Positions 9,425 to 19,877 of a stretch of 64,000 bases of DNA are shown one piece after another (the first letter of the stretch is position 1; the number at the start of each line of letters is the position of its first letter). Origin of the DNA: an uncultured Nitrososphaerota archaeon (GTDB taxonomy: Archaea > Thermoproteota > Nitrososphaeria > Nitrososphaerales > Nitrosopumilaceae). The stretch spans positions 160,001 to 224,000 of the forward strand of contig CAWGPD010000004.1 of assembly GCA_963824385.1 (NCBI GenBank), given 5' to 3'. Below the pieces are notes generated by a model, which ran no database searches, was not told the DNA's origin, and was given only the letters and a program-made list of their open reading frames with translations. Position numbers and translations under genes: made by a program.

Positions 9425-10180
9425 TCATACTTCATCAAAATGACGCAGGTTAAGCGATGGAGTTGCTTCTTTCTTCCACATAGTCCTGTCTTTTAGACAT
9501 CGCGCCTGCTCAGTATCTATCGGTATATCATGCTCGATAAATACAGGAATCTCATTTACACCTAATTCATCTGCTGCAACGGCTCTATGTCTTCCATCAT
9601 GATAGACAAACTGACACTTGATCAAATCCAATTTTAGAAATGGTGCATCCTGTGGCTTGCACTTTGAAATTCGCTTTCGTTTGTGTTTTACCAAAAGTTC
9701 AGTAGTCCTTACATCATCTTCTGATCTTTTTTCAATAACCTCTCCTGCAAATGCATAGTTGAGAAATTCCGAAGGCTTCATGGTAGTATAAAGCAGCCTT
9801 CCTGTTCCGGCATCTTTTGGAAAATTGGCGTGAAAACCCCCAGTTCTGCTTCCCTCTTCAATAAAGTATTCAGGGCTTTTTTTTATTGCAGGAACTGGAA
9901 TGGTAGGAGTCCATACTGGATGATGACCTTTCTTTGCACTATTGTAGTCAAGTCTTCTCTGAAACATCTCTGTAATAGAAACAGGTGCAGATTCCAATGT
10001 TTTTAGCATGCGTTCTGCCTGCAATCTAGTTGGAATTTTCAATAGATATTTTTTTGCAGATAAGTCGTATTCTTTTTTGTAAATTTTATCCATGACATCA
10101 AGTAACTTGCAATCATCTAGTCGATTGATAAAAATATCATCACGTTCAGCTGTTATCTTGCTGTTTGTCATACCGGACAT
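9425..10180 (-). CDS. Protein with C-terminal ParB/Srx-like domain
   Basis: MKPSEFL...PFL...HDGRHRAVAADELGVNEIPV. Confidence 0.7.
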   Translation of the reverse strand: MSGMTNSKITAERDDIFINRLDDCKLLDVMDKIYKKEYDLSAKKYLLKIPTRLQAERMLKTLESAPVSITEMFQRRLDYNSAKKGHHPVWTPTIPVPAIKKSPEYFIEEGSRTGGFHANFPKDAGTGRLLYTTMKPSEFLNYAFAGEVIEKRSEDDVRTTELLVKHKRKRISKCKPQDAPFLKLDLIKCQFVYHDGRHRAVAADELGVNEIPVFIEHDIPIDTEQARCLKDRTMWKKEATPSLNLRHFDEV

Positions 10181-10292
10181 GTAACTTTACCATTATAGTA
10201 GTTTTCCAAATATTTTTCCACATTCAAGATGTATCATCTTTGGACACACTAGAAATTAAAGACAAAAATTGTAAATTAAGCTAAAAAAATGA

Positions 10293-13193
10293 TTAGACTA
10301 TAACAAATCTTCTAGATATCACTATGCTTCCAATTACAGATATTATAATTACCACTCCCACTATAGGGCCAAATTCAGGAACTGTTGGAGACATTATCTT
10401 TGACATGTTCATTATAGTTATACTGTGGGTAGAAAAGTGCGGAACTAGAACCAACACCTGTACTCCACTTTGAGTAACTACTATGGCAAAGCTTGGATTA
10501 TCTGTTGATTTTGCATGCAATATGGCATCCATGTTTGCTGCCGGTTGTATGAGCTGTCCATCATACATCACACCAAGATCCTTTAGATTTGCTACATTAA
10601 TTGTGGTAGCGTTAAGATTAAATGAAATAACCTTTGGCCCTGTATGACTGGGTGCAGTTACATTGACATTTAATGAATTTGGTGTAGTGTTGGTTGTTTG
10701 AACTGTAACATTATTGTCAATTGATGTAGTTGTGGATTGATTAGTACCAACATTTACTTCTGCAGCTATCGTTTGGTTGGCTTTGGCTTGACTGATGTCT
10801 TGAATTTCTTGTGGAGTTGCAAGTGTAGTAGTAGATAATGATGATGACAAACCATTTACCAATAATGCTGATGTTGCAGTACTTCCTGAATGAGTAGAGT
10901 CACCTGCATAAAATGCAGTTATAGTCACACTGTTACTTGGATTCAAAGGCGGGGTGTATTGAAGTGAACAAGTATTACTTGACACTATACAGGTATCTGG
11001 ACTAAATGAGCCACCTGCTCCATTATCTGTCCATGTGACTAGTCCAATCATACTTGAAGAAGGATTAGTTGTATCTGCAACCGTTACAGCAAATGTGACT
11101 TTGGCTCCAGCAGAAAATGTTGCAGGGTTTGGAATAATTGCTGCAGTTGTAGGATCAAGTCCGGTTGTAGACGATGTAGTACTAGTACTTGTTGAAAGTG
11201 TGTTTGCAGACAACTGAACCAAGCCAGTAGTTGCCTGATGTGCAGCATCACCACCATAACTTGCAGTTATGGTTATTGCACTTGGAGGATTTGCAGATGG
11301 AGTATATGTTACAGTACATGTGCCAGACGCTAGAGTACATGTGGATGAACTAAATGTACCACCAAAATTTCCGTCACTCCAGATCATTGTTCCTGTTGGA
11401 ATACTTTGAGAGTCTGCAGGGTCGGTAACTGTTGCGGTAAATGTCACTGCAGTTCCAGATACATATGTTGCTGGATTTGGCGATACTGTAACTGATGAGG
11501 TAGTAGAATAAGAGGAATTCATTGTCAAAGTTGTCGTTCCCGAGTTTGCTGCATGGTTAGTGTCACCATTATAGCTTGTTGTTATACTAATGGAATTTGG
11601 TGCGTTAGATGAGGGAGTGTATGTTACAGTACATGTGCCTGATGACAAGTCACATGTGGATGAATTAAACGACCCACCGGCAGTTCCATCACTCCAAATC
11701 ATTGTTCCTGTAGGAATACTTTGAGAGTCTGCAGGGTCGGTAACTGTTGCGGTAAATGTCACTGCAGTTCCTGATACATATGTTGCTGGATTTGGCGATA
11801 CTGTAACTAATGAAGATGAAAGGGAGTTTGTTGTCAAGAGTGACGTTCCAGAGTTTGCAGTATGACTAGGGTCACCGCCATCAGTTTGCTGTTATAGTAA
11901 TGGAATTTGGTGCATTAGATGAGGGAGTGTATGTTACAGTACACGTGCCTGATGACAAGTCACATGTGGATGAATTAAACGTCCCACCAGTATTGCCGTC
12001 ACTCCAAATTACTTGTCCCGTTGGGATATTTTGAGAATATGTAGAGCCAGTAACTGTTGCGGTAAATGTCACTGCAGTTCCAGATACATATGTTGCTGGA
12101 TTTGGCGATACTGTAACTGATGAAGATGAAGTAATAGAAGCTGAGTTTATTGCAAGGTTGTAGATCCCGAATTTGCAGTATGACTAGTGTCACCGCCATA
12201 GCTTGCTGTCATAGTAATAGAATTTGGCGCGTTAGATGGTGCAGTATATGTAACAATACATGTGCCTGATGACAAGTAACATGTAGATGAACTAAATATA
12301 CCGCCGATATTTCCGTCACTCCAAGTTACTGACCCTGTTGGCATCGTAGGTGAATTTGACATATCAGCAACTATTGCAGATAATGTCAAGGCTTGACCCG
12401 GAACATAAGATGCAGAGTTGGGCGTTACGGAAACCGATGGAGTAGATTGGTTTGAGGTTATCGTAATTGAAAATGTGCTGATCACTGGTTGAATGGGATA
12501 TTGTTGCATCCCGTTTGCTTGAATTGTCACCTGATAAGTTCCCGCTGTTTGAAACTGAAAACTAATGTTTGCTACACCTAGAGCAGTATGTGATAAAGTT
12601 GAATATATCGGATTTCCTTGTTGTGTTATAGAAACTGTATAATCTACATCTAGACTTGTTGAAATTAATTTTAAAATAAGTTGGTGTGCCAACAACTGGA
12701 TTTATCGGATAAGTAGAAAATTGTATTGAAAGTCCATTATTAGAAACCTGGATTTTGTTGTGGCATTTGATTATAGTATGAGTTATATGAACCAGAAGTT
12801 TGTCCATATGGCGGCCCTTGGGATCTCATTGTAGAATTATACCTTTGTTGATAAACATAACCTGATGATTGTGATGAGTTTTGATAATTGGATGAAGACA
12901 TAGTATGTGTACCATTATGTGAATATGCATAACTTGATGATTGCTGGGAGTTTTGGTAAGTTGATGAAGGTATGGCGGGTGTACCATTATGCGAATATGC
13001 AGAATTTGCCGTGTTCCCAATATTATATACTGTGTGTAGTACCAGTAGACGTGGTTGTACTCATTCTAGTATTATACTGAGAGTGGAAATTATGAGAGGC
13101 CATTTGGGCATGTGCAGTTTGTTCCAGAGCACCAAAAGCAAGACTTGTCATGGATACCATTATGACAATTAGTAATATCTTAGAACGATTCAG
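10293..13193 (-). CDS. Large surface protein: signal peptide, S/Y/Q-rich region, beta domain, about five Cys-pair Ig-like repeats, PEFG-CTERM anchor; split by several 1-nt frameshifts
   Basis: ORF pieces 10293-11837, 11881-12072, 12147-12695 and 12562-12807 are collinear parts of one protein. Signal peptide LNRSKILLIVIMVSMTSLAFGA starts near 13193 (start approximate). C-terminus VPEFG + TM + RR. Confidence 0.75.
11280..12380. repeat. Near-identical ~312-315 bp intragenic repeats encoding Ig-like domains
   Basis: gtaactgttgcggtaaatgtcactgcagttcc recurs near 11426, 11740 and 12050. Confidence 0.85.
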
Positions 13194-13371
13194 AATTTGT
13201 GTTAACCGTCGTCTATTAATAAGTAGATCTCACTTTTTAGTGGCAAAATATAATAGCATTAAAAGTTTGGTCAATCAATTTACAATACAAAAGTTGTAAC
13301 TTGTAGTTATCATTTAATCAAAACAGTTTGAAAACAAAAAGACAATTTAATTATTAGGCAAATCTAGTGTT

Positions 13372-13860
13372 ATGCATATGGTCTCTGAAAAAATAGTTAG
13401 GTTTCAAAACAAGAACAAGGACCTAAATCAACTAGCCCAGCAAATAACCACAATGTTGCAACAAGACGGATACAAGATACAGATGACTTCAACTTCACCA
13501 ATAGGGATAGTTATGCAGGCAACAAAGGCAGGCATTCTCAGAGACATCATAACTGCCGATAGGGCATTTACCATAATGATAAGCGGAGACCCAAACGACT
13601 TTGCAATACACATAGGAATTGGGAAATTGATACAAAATATTGCAGTTGCTGCAGCAGAGGTATTGTTTTTATCAGCGTTATTTTTAGCAGTTGACATTCC
13701 AGAGATGCTCTGGACAAGACATGTTGAAGAAGAGATATTAAAGAAAATAACACAGATTGTTGGATACATTTCGTTCTTTGAGAATACTTTCATCTTCTTT
13801 ACGAGCACGTCCTTCTCACGCTACTGCAGGAGGCGTTTGAGATACAGTGACATTTTTTAG
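13372..13860 (+). CDS. Hypothetical protein with one hydrophobic segment; C-terminal ~30 aa uncertain
   Basis: 162-aa ORF; composition changes after ITQIVG. Confidence 0.7.
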   Translation: MHMVSEKIVRFQNKNKDLNQLAQQITTMLQQDGYKIQMTSTSPIGIVMQATKAGILRDIITADRAFTIMISGDPNDFAIHIGIGKLIQNIAVAAAEVLFLSALFLAVDIPEMLWTRHVEEEILKKITQIVGYISFFENTFIFFTSTSFSRYCRRRLRYSDIF

Positions 13861-14164
13861 AAAATTTGGCATGAAGAAAGAAAATATCAAGGAACCAATA
13901 ATTTGGTCCTGTTTTATTAACTGGGCACAAATACTTCAAAGAACAGAAAACAGGGCTAAAATCATCTCTGCCAAAAAACTATCTAGCCTGCATTAAGATG
14001 CATTACTGAATTGAGACTATTATTCATCTAAAATTTTTAATAAAATCATTTTAAAAGAAAAATATCTTGTCATGACTACTTTGCAAAACCAAACCTGAAA
14101 ATCAATCCATTTGTTAATATACAAAGATTGTATTATAGTATCTGAAATAATATGGAAGATACAC

Positions 14165-14530
14165 ATGAATCATGCAAATCAGAAGGCGGCGCAAGATGCG
14201 AGTTGCGGATCAATGTCTTCTCACGAACACCATGGCAGCGGTCACATGTCATCTCATGGAGAATGCGGTTGTGGCGAGAGGCACCAATCACATTCCATGA
14301 CAAAGATGTACAAACATGCATACATGGATGCACTGTATCAAGCCCAAGTTGAACGCATCAGAAAAAGAATTGATGCCAAATTTGGAACGACACTTGATAA
14401 AATGGCAGATGCTGTAGTAGAGTCTTTTGGTAAGATGTGGGAATCAAAGATGGCAAAAATTGAAGCATGGCAGGGACTTGAATCTAAACTTAGAACCATT
14501 CTTTCTGAAAAAGGCCAAAATCTAAAATAA
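14165..14530 (+). CDS. His/Cys-rich N-terminus plus helical domain, possible metal-binding protein
   Basis: SCGSMSSHEHHGSGHMSSHGECGCGERHQSH followed by amphipathic helices. Confidence 0.7.
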   Translation: MNHANQKAAQDASCGSMSSHEHHGSGHMSSHGECGCGERHQSHSMTKMYKHAYMDALYQAQVERIRKRIDAKFGTTLDKMADAVVESFGKMWESKMAKIEAWQGLESKLRTILSEKGQNLK

Positions 14531-14674
14531 TCTCCCGTCTTTTTTTGATCTATTAATGAATCGCGTTACAAGTAAAATCATTCCGTGTTTAGGATAACAA
14601 TTTCATGTGTCGATTAGTGATGCGATACATAGTCAGTTATTGCATTTTGATAATAATCGCTTAACATTCAAAGG

Positions 14675-15364
14675 TCAAGAAATCTTGTTTGGTTTTACTT
14701 TTTTCTGATGTCGTATTTTGGCTGCTCGTACTGCAAGTAAAATTATTCCAATTATTAAAACAATAATTCCAATAAAGTACCAAGTTTGAATCATAGAGCA
14801 TATTTGTTGCGTTTGCTGTTGAATAATTTGTGCAAATATTCCAACTATAGAACTACAGAGATTTGAATACCCAAATAAAAACATGGTTGAAATTCCTCCG
14901 AGGATTATGAAAATAATTCCCATAATTGCAAGTCCTGCTTGCCGGGATTGTTTAGTGCCAAGTTTTCCTTTTTGTTGCATAGATTTTCTAGTATCAATAA
15001 AATTATGCTCGTCATGAAATGCCCCACATCTTGAACAAAAACTAAACATCAGTGGTACAAGAGTTCCGCATTTTGGACATAAATCAGCAAGATGTCCATT
15101 AGTGGATGTGGTGTCTCCCTCGTATCTCTGCTTTGCAGTTTGAATTTTTTTCTCAAGAGATCCTACGGTTGATTTTTTCTGATATTCATTTTCTTCCACA
15201 TGCGGATAGAGGTATTTTGAGACTAACATGTCCACATATCTTCGATCAGATGGATATGCTTCTTCTTCAGTTTTCAATCTGTTCAGTATGGATTCTAACC
15301 TAACAGGATCCCCATAACCAAATTCCATTAATTGTTCAACAAGTTCGATTAGCGCTTCCTTCAT
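14675..15364 (-). CDS. Zinc-ribbon membrane protein
   Basis: N-terminal GD-x-x-RL-x-x-I helical motif, CPKC...CSRC, two TM helices. Confidence 0.75.
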   Translation of the reverse strand: MKEALIELVEQLMEFGYGDPVRLESILNRLKTEEEAYPSDRRYVDMLVSKYLYPHVEENEYQKKSTVGSLEKKIQTAKQRYEGDTTSTNGHLADLCPKCGTLVPLMFSFCSRCGAFHDEHNFIDTRKSMQQKGKLGTKQSRQAGLAIMGIIFIILGGISTMFLFGYSNLCSSIVGIFAQIIQQQTQQICSMIQTWYFIGIIVLIIGIILLAVRAAKIRHQKKVKPNKIS

Positions 15365-15474
15365 GAATAATAATTTGGTAATTTCTCTAATTAAAAGACA
15401 TTTTGCTCATTTTCAATATTTTTACCCATAAGACATTAGATAAACTTGGAAAAAATAAAAAAGGAGATGGGAAG

Positions 15475-16416
15475 TTAATGTTTGTGATTTATTATTTCTT
15501 GCAGTTGATGAATTACCTCTCCTGCAGCCTTGATGTCACTCCAAATAGCACTTGATTGTGTTCCTTGATACTGGTTAGAACCTACTTGATTTAGTGCGGT
15601 TTGCGCATTAGTGATATCAACCTGTGCTTGGCCAACTAGGGATTGAAATGAAGATGCGCTATTTTTGCCAGCAAGCAGATTTAATTTTGCTTGATCTGCC
15701 TGGATTGCAGTATTTGCTGCAAAGTGGAAGTTGTCACCAGTTTTGCATCCATTGTACAAACAGAAACTATTCAATGCAGTTTGAAGTCTGTGTTTTGTTC
15801 TGAGCATCGCTTACTGCAGATTGGAATGCTTGAATTTGATCATATGCATTATCAATTGTCTGGTTAAGACTTGCAGTATTTGCCCCATGTTCTGTCAACC
15901 TGTTAGACAAGTTCTGAGCATTTGTCATAGCCCTATCAAATTTCTGAATCTTCACCTGGCCTTTTTGTTGTTGGACTGCAAAGAGACAACTCTTCTGAGA
16001 TGATTGTAGTGAGCATTATCTGATTTTAAAGTAGAGTTGACTGTCTTGCTGTGTACAGTCCTTATTGCAGAAATTGCATCAAGGCTAGATGTTCGCTGAT
16101 CAGAGTGGTATTGCTGAGAATCTATTTTAAACTGGGCTGCGTTATTGTTTGTTGCATCTGTTTGCAGTGCAGTAAGATCAGCATTTAATTTCTGAATGTC
16201 GTTGTTTGTTATGGTTGAAGTTATTGTTGAATTGTTTATGACATTTACAACATCGCTGAGGTAATCAGTGGCATGAGTATCAATACATGTCACAGATGCC
16301 AGTTACAATTGCAGGTTTGAGGATGGAGTTACCGAATCCTGATCTGCAAAAGCAACATATGGCATAATCAATATCAGTGATGCAAGAAATGCACCATATT
16401 TTACTATTGGATTCAT
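15475..16416 (-). CDS. Secreted helical N/Q/A-rich protein split by about three frameshifts (errors or pseudogene)
   Basis: Signal peptide MNPIVKYGAFLASLILIMPYVAFA; collinear overlapping ORF pieces 16303-16416, 15952-16293, 15767-15955, 15475-15807. Confidence 0.6.
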
Positions 16417-16582
16417 TATGCTTCGATGTTTTTTTAATAAATAAAACATTACGTATCTTTGTTCAGTGACAAATTTAATTTGATGTATGTAAAAAATAAA
16501 AAAGACAACTAGTAGATATGATGATTCCAAAATACACAATTACAAATATTGTATGATATAGTAGAAGATTAGGAAAAATATC

Positions 16583-16738
16583 ATGATAGGGTTTGTAGCA
16601 ATATGTAGAACCTGCAAGACTAAATTTGTAATTCCAGATATGGGTCCATGCACCGACTTGGAATACAAGGACTACATCAAAGATACAGGGTTTGTGTGCA
16701 AGTGTGGCAAAAATGACTGGTGTCTAATCATAGATTAA
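16583..16738 (+). CDS. 51-aa Cys-rich microprotein
   Basis: Manual translation MIGFVAICRTCKTKFVIPDMGPCTDLEYKDYIKDTGFVCKCGKNDWCLIID. Confidence 0.7.
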   Translation: MIGFVAICRTCKTKFVIPDMGPCTDLEYKDYIKDTGFVCKCGKNDWCLIID

Positions 16739-16836
16739 AAGATATCAATGCATGTTTTGTAATTTCTAGTAGATATAATATAGAAACAATTTTTCACGTC
16801 TGATAGATTTATTTCAGATTATACTTTAGATGTCAT

Positions 16837-17347
16837 GTGCGAAAAAAAAAGGTGTCAAATCCTAATCTAAGAATGCAGGTAGACTGTTGCAATTGGTGTT
16901 TTAATAATAGCCATAGTCATCATTGTAAATTATTATCTAGACCAGACACAGCTCTCAGGTCAGAGGTTTGGAGACCAATTGGCTCAGATTCAGCAAGATC
17001 TTAAAAATGAGACTCAGAGTTTTGATGTACACCTTACTCAATACAAAAATGGGCAGATATCAAAAGACCAGATGCTCAACATAACTGATAGTCATATAAT
17101 GATAGTACAAAACATTCTCCCCAGATATGATCAATTAAAGGCACCAGAGACTTTTGCGCCGTCACTAGAATTATTCAAACTCTCTACTCAGACTCAGATT
17201 GAAAGCGACCAGACTCTAAGAGAATGGGTAGTAACAGGAGATAATGCGACATATGCCAAATCAAACCAGCTGTTGCAGCAGTCATTCCAATATGAAATGA
17301 ATGCACTCCAGTCTTATGAAAATGCAAAATCTACAGGCTCACAGTAA
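16837..17347 (+). CDS. Membrane-anchored helical-bundle protein; frameshift near 16880
   Basis: MRKKKVSNPNLRMQV joins TVAIGVLIIAIVIIVNYYLDQ, which is in frame with ORF 16979-17347. Confidence 0.65.
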
Positions 17348-17794
17348 GCCTTTTTGATGTGCAAAATCCAGTATGCCACTTAGATTTCCTAGTAGTTCTT
17401 TTTTCTCCAATGGAACAGGAGAGTCAAATAATATTCCAAGTGTAATGCTTAGCATGTCATGGTCTGTATGAGAGACCAAGATTTTATGATGTTCAATTTG
17501 TTTTTCCATAGTCAGATTTTTCCAGGCCAAAATTCTAGTATAGACATCTTGCAGCTGTTGTGCAACATAGTCAAGGTGCATCTCTTTTCCATCTTCAAAC
17601 AATCCAAACTTGACAAGAGGCAACATCATATATCCACCTTTAATTGGATCATGATTTTTTATCATCTCTGCAATAACCTGGTCTGCTTTGTCTTCTGGTT
17701 GAATATCTCCATACTCTGGTGCAAAATATCCTGCAAGAGTCTTGCGGTCATCGTAGATCTTAAAATAAGTTGTTTCTTGCTCTATGGTCCACAT
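17339..17794 (-). CDS. Hypothetical protein
   Basis: 151-aa ATG ORF. Confidence 0.75.
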   Translation of the reverse strand: MWTIEQETTYFKIYDDRKTLAGYFAPEYGDIQPEDKADQVIAEMIKNHDPIKGGYMMLPLVKFGLFEDGKEMHLDYVAQQLQDVYTRILAWKNLTMEKQIEHHKILVSHTDHDMLSITLGILFDSPVPLEKKELLGNLSGILDFAHQKGLL

Positions 17795-17798
17795 TATA

Positions 17799-17942
17799 TC
17801 ATGCCGTGATTTTTTCTGCTACTTGATTTATCTTTAGTTCACTAAGACACTTACCGCAAAAATACTCTTTTCCAGTATTAAATATTGTAGGATTTTTGCA
17901 CTTGGGACATTCCTTATTTACTCGATTTACTTCAATTGGCAT
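17799..17942 (-). CDS. 47-aa zinc-ribbon protein
   Basis: MPIEVNRVNKECPKCKNPTIFNTGKEYFCGKC; ends 4 nt before the next gene. Confidence 0.65.
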   Translation of the reverse strand: MPIEVNRVNKECPKCKNPTIFNTGKEYFCGKCLSELKINQVAEKITA

Positions 17943-18194
17943 GATAACACTGTAAACCAATTCCTCAAAAGATGCGAGGTCAAATTTAGTTTGTAATGGC
18001 ATTGATTTTACATAAATTATAGTTCTTTTAGGTGCTTTATGGCATTCAAGAGGTCTTTGATTTTTGATAAAAATCCACTATTTTTGCCCATTACAAGGAT
18101 TAAGGTATCAGACCCCTTCATTTGATTTAACACGTATTCTTTTCTAATAAAGACCGATACTAGTTTTTTCTAGTGTCAGAAGAGGAATTACATA

Positions 18195-18653
18195 TTATTG
18201 ATATGGTATGCACTGTTGTATGTCATGCAATCGTGCAATTGCATTTAGTGCATTATTTTTGTAATCTTCATTTCTTGCAAGCCATGAGGCAATATCTGTT
18301 GCAGTCACTATTCCCGCAAGCTTACCATCTTTTCCCACAACTACAAGACGTCTTATGTTATATGCAGACATCAATGTGGCAGCTTCTACAATTATCATCT
18401 CAGGCTCTACAGATATGATTGGATGTGACATAATCTTCTCAACTAGTACTTGAGAGGGTGTCAAATCTTGAGACGCAACCTTTGTTACAATATCTCTTTC
18501 TGTAAGTACTCCCACTGGATGTCCTCCCTGTGTAACCACAAGGGATCCCATTCCTAATTTTGTCATAATCTGAGTAGCCTCTAAAACACTCGAGTTTGTA
18601 GTAATGGTCTGAATAAATTCGGCCATTATTTCCTTGACAGTCGATTCGCTCAT
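18195..18653 (-). CDS. CBS-domain pair protein
   Basis: VKEIM, GVLTERDIV, IRRLVV, GIVTATDI. Confidence 0.93.
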   Translation of the reverse strand: MSESTVKEIMAEFIQTITTNSSVLEATQIMTKLGMGSLVVTQGGHPVGVLTERDIVTKVASQDLTPSQVLVEKIMSHPIISVEPEMIIVEAATLMSAYNIRRLVVVGKDGKLAGIVTATDIASWLARNEDYKNNALNAIARLHDIQQCIPYQ

Positions 18654-18793
18654 CTTTAGAAACTATTGGATTTTAGATATTAATTCAAATATTTGAACAA
18701 TTCAAGTCTTGGTTAAATTTATTTTAGCAATATTCCACTTCAAGACCTTCATTATTAGTAGATTTAATATAATTAGCAGAAAAAAATTCAATA

Positions 18794-19228
18794 GTGAAAA
18801 ATATCAACAATGACGCACCATTAAAGTACTGTAAAACAATTCTTATCAATTCAAGCCCTGAAAAAATTTGGGCAATAATTACAAACATTGACCAATGGTC
18901 AAGATGGGAGACAGATATCAAAAACCCAAAGATAAATGGACAACTAATACCCAGTACAACATTTGACTTTAAAATAAATAGATTAAAAATTCACTCAAAT
19001 ATTCATACTGTTGAACCATTTCATCATTTTGGCTGGACGGCAAAAATTTTTGGGATGCATGTAATTCACAATATGACCCTTACAGAAACAAAAGGGCAAA
19101 CAATGGTATCAGATGACGAAAGCCTAGAAGGTTTCCTAGTACTGCTTTTTAAGAAATTATTTGACAAAAAATTAGAAAAAAACAAGCAAAACTGGCTCGA
19201 ACAGCTAAAAAAGGAATGTGAAAAGTAA
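18794..19228 (+). CDS. SRPBCC (START/polyketide cyclase-like) protein
   Basis: INSSPEKIWAIITNIDQWSRW; C-terminal WLEQLKKECE helix. Confidence 0.85.
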   Translation: MKNINNDAPLKYCKTILINSSPEKIWAIITNIDQWSRWETDIKNPKINGQLIPSTTFDFKINRLKIHSNIHTVEPFHHFGWTAKIFGMHVIHNMTLTETKGQTMVSDDESLEGFLVLLFKKLFDKKLEKNKQNWLEQLKKECEK

Positions 19229-19256
19229 GCAAACTAAATAATAAAAGAAGATGGAA

Positions 19257-19457
19257 TTATCTAATAGTTTTGGGCCTGATTTCCTTGACTCGGTCTTCAT
19301 CCACGCTTATGTATTTACAACGTACATGGTGTCGCAGGTGTTCTCTTGCCTGTTTTTTGTTCTCACCTGAAGACCAATGCCAGCAGATAGAACATACTGC
19401 AGTCCATTTATTGCCAGATTGGATATCACCTAGTCTTGAAGGACTGGTTATTTGCAT
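19257..19457 (-). CDS. Small C2H2-like zinc-finger protein
   Basis: CSIC...AREHLRHH. Confidence 0.6.
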   Translation of the reverse strand: MQITSPSRLGDIQSGNKWTAVCSICWHWSSGENKKQAREHLRHHVRCKYISVDEDRVKEIRPKTIR

Positions 19458-19590
19458 GATTGATAAAATCTCCCTTTTGTTCTTATTCTAGTTGTGTGAT
19501 CGATGTTGACCTATGTGAAAAATATTATTTCCCAATCCTCAACATTTAAAAAAATCAAACGTTATAAACAATGCAAATAAAATCTAGTTT

Positions 19591-19872
19591 GTGATTCCCC
19601 AGTCTACACGAAAATTCATCGACAGTCTAATTGACTATTATATCAGTGAAGCTGCCTCCTACAAACAGATAGCAAAGACATACCATGAAGAAGTCGAAGA
19701 TGTTAACGCAAATGCGTTTGGAATCATAGTAGGATGTGTATATTCTGGATTTTTACAGGCATATCAGAATCAGAAAGTAAAGCCATCGCTTGAGGACACT
19801 CAAGAATTTACACATATGATAAAATTGCGAGCCGCTCAGATAAAACGAAACATACTTGATGCCAAGATCTAA
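19591..19872 (+). CDS. Conserved helical hypothetical protein
   Basis: 93-aa ORF with AFGIIVGCVYSGF helix. Confidence 0.75.
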   Translation: MIPQSTRKFIDSLIDYYISEAASYKQIAKTYHEEVEDVNANAFGIIVGCVYSGFLQAYQNQKVKPSLEDTQEFTHMIKLRAAQIKRNILDAKI

Positions 19873-19877
19873 ACTGT

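Noticed and set aside
13765..14010. Possible gene remnant downstream of, or fused to, ORF 13372
   Set aside because: A plus-strand frame (DTVTFFRKFGMKKENIKEPIIFGP) looks coding-like but has no recognisable family or clear start
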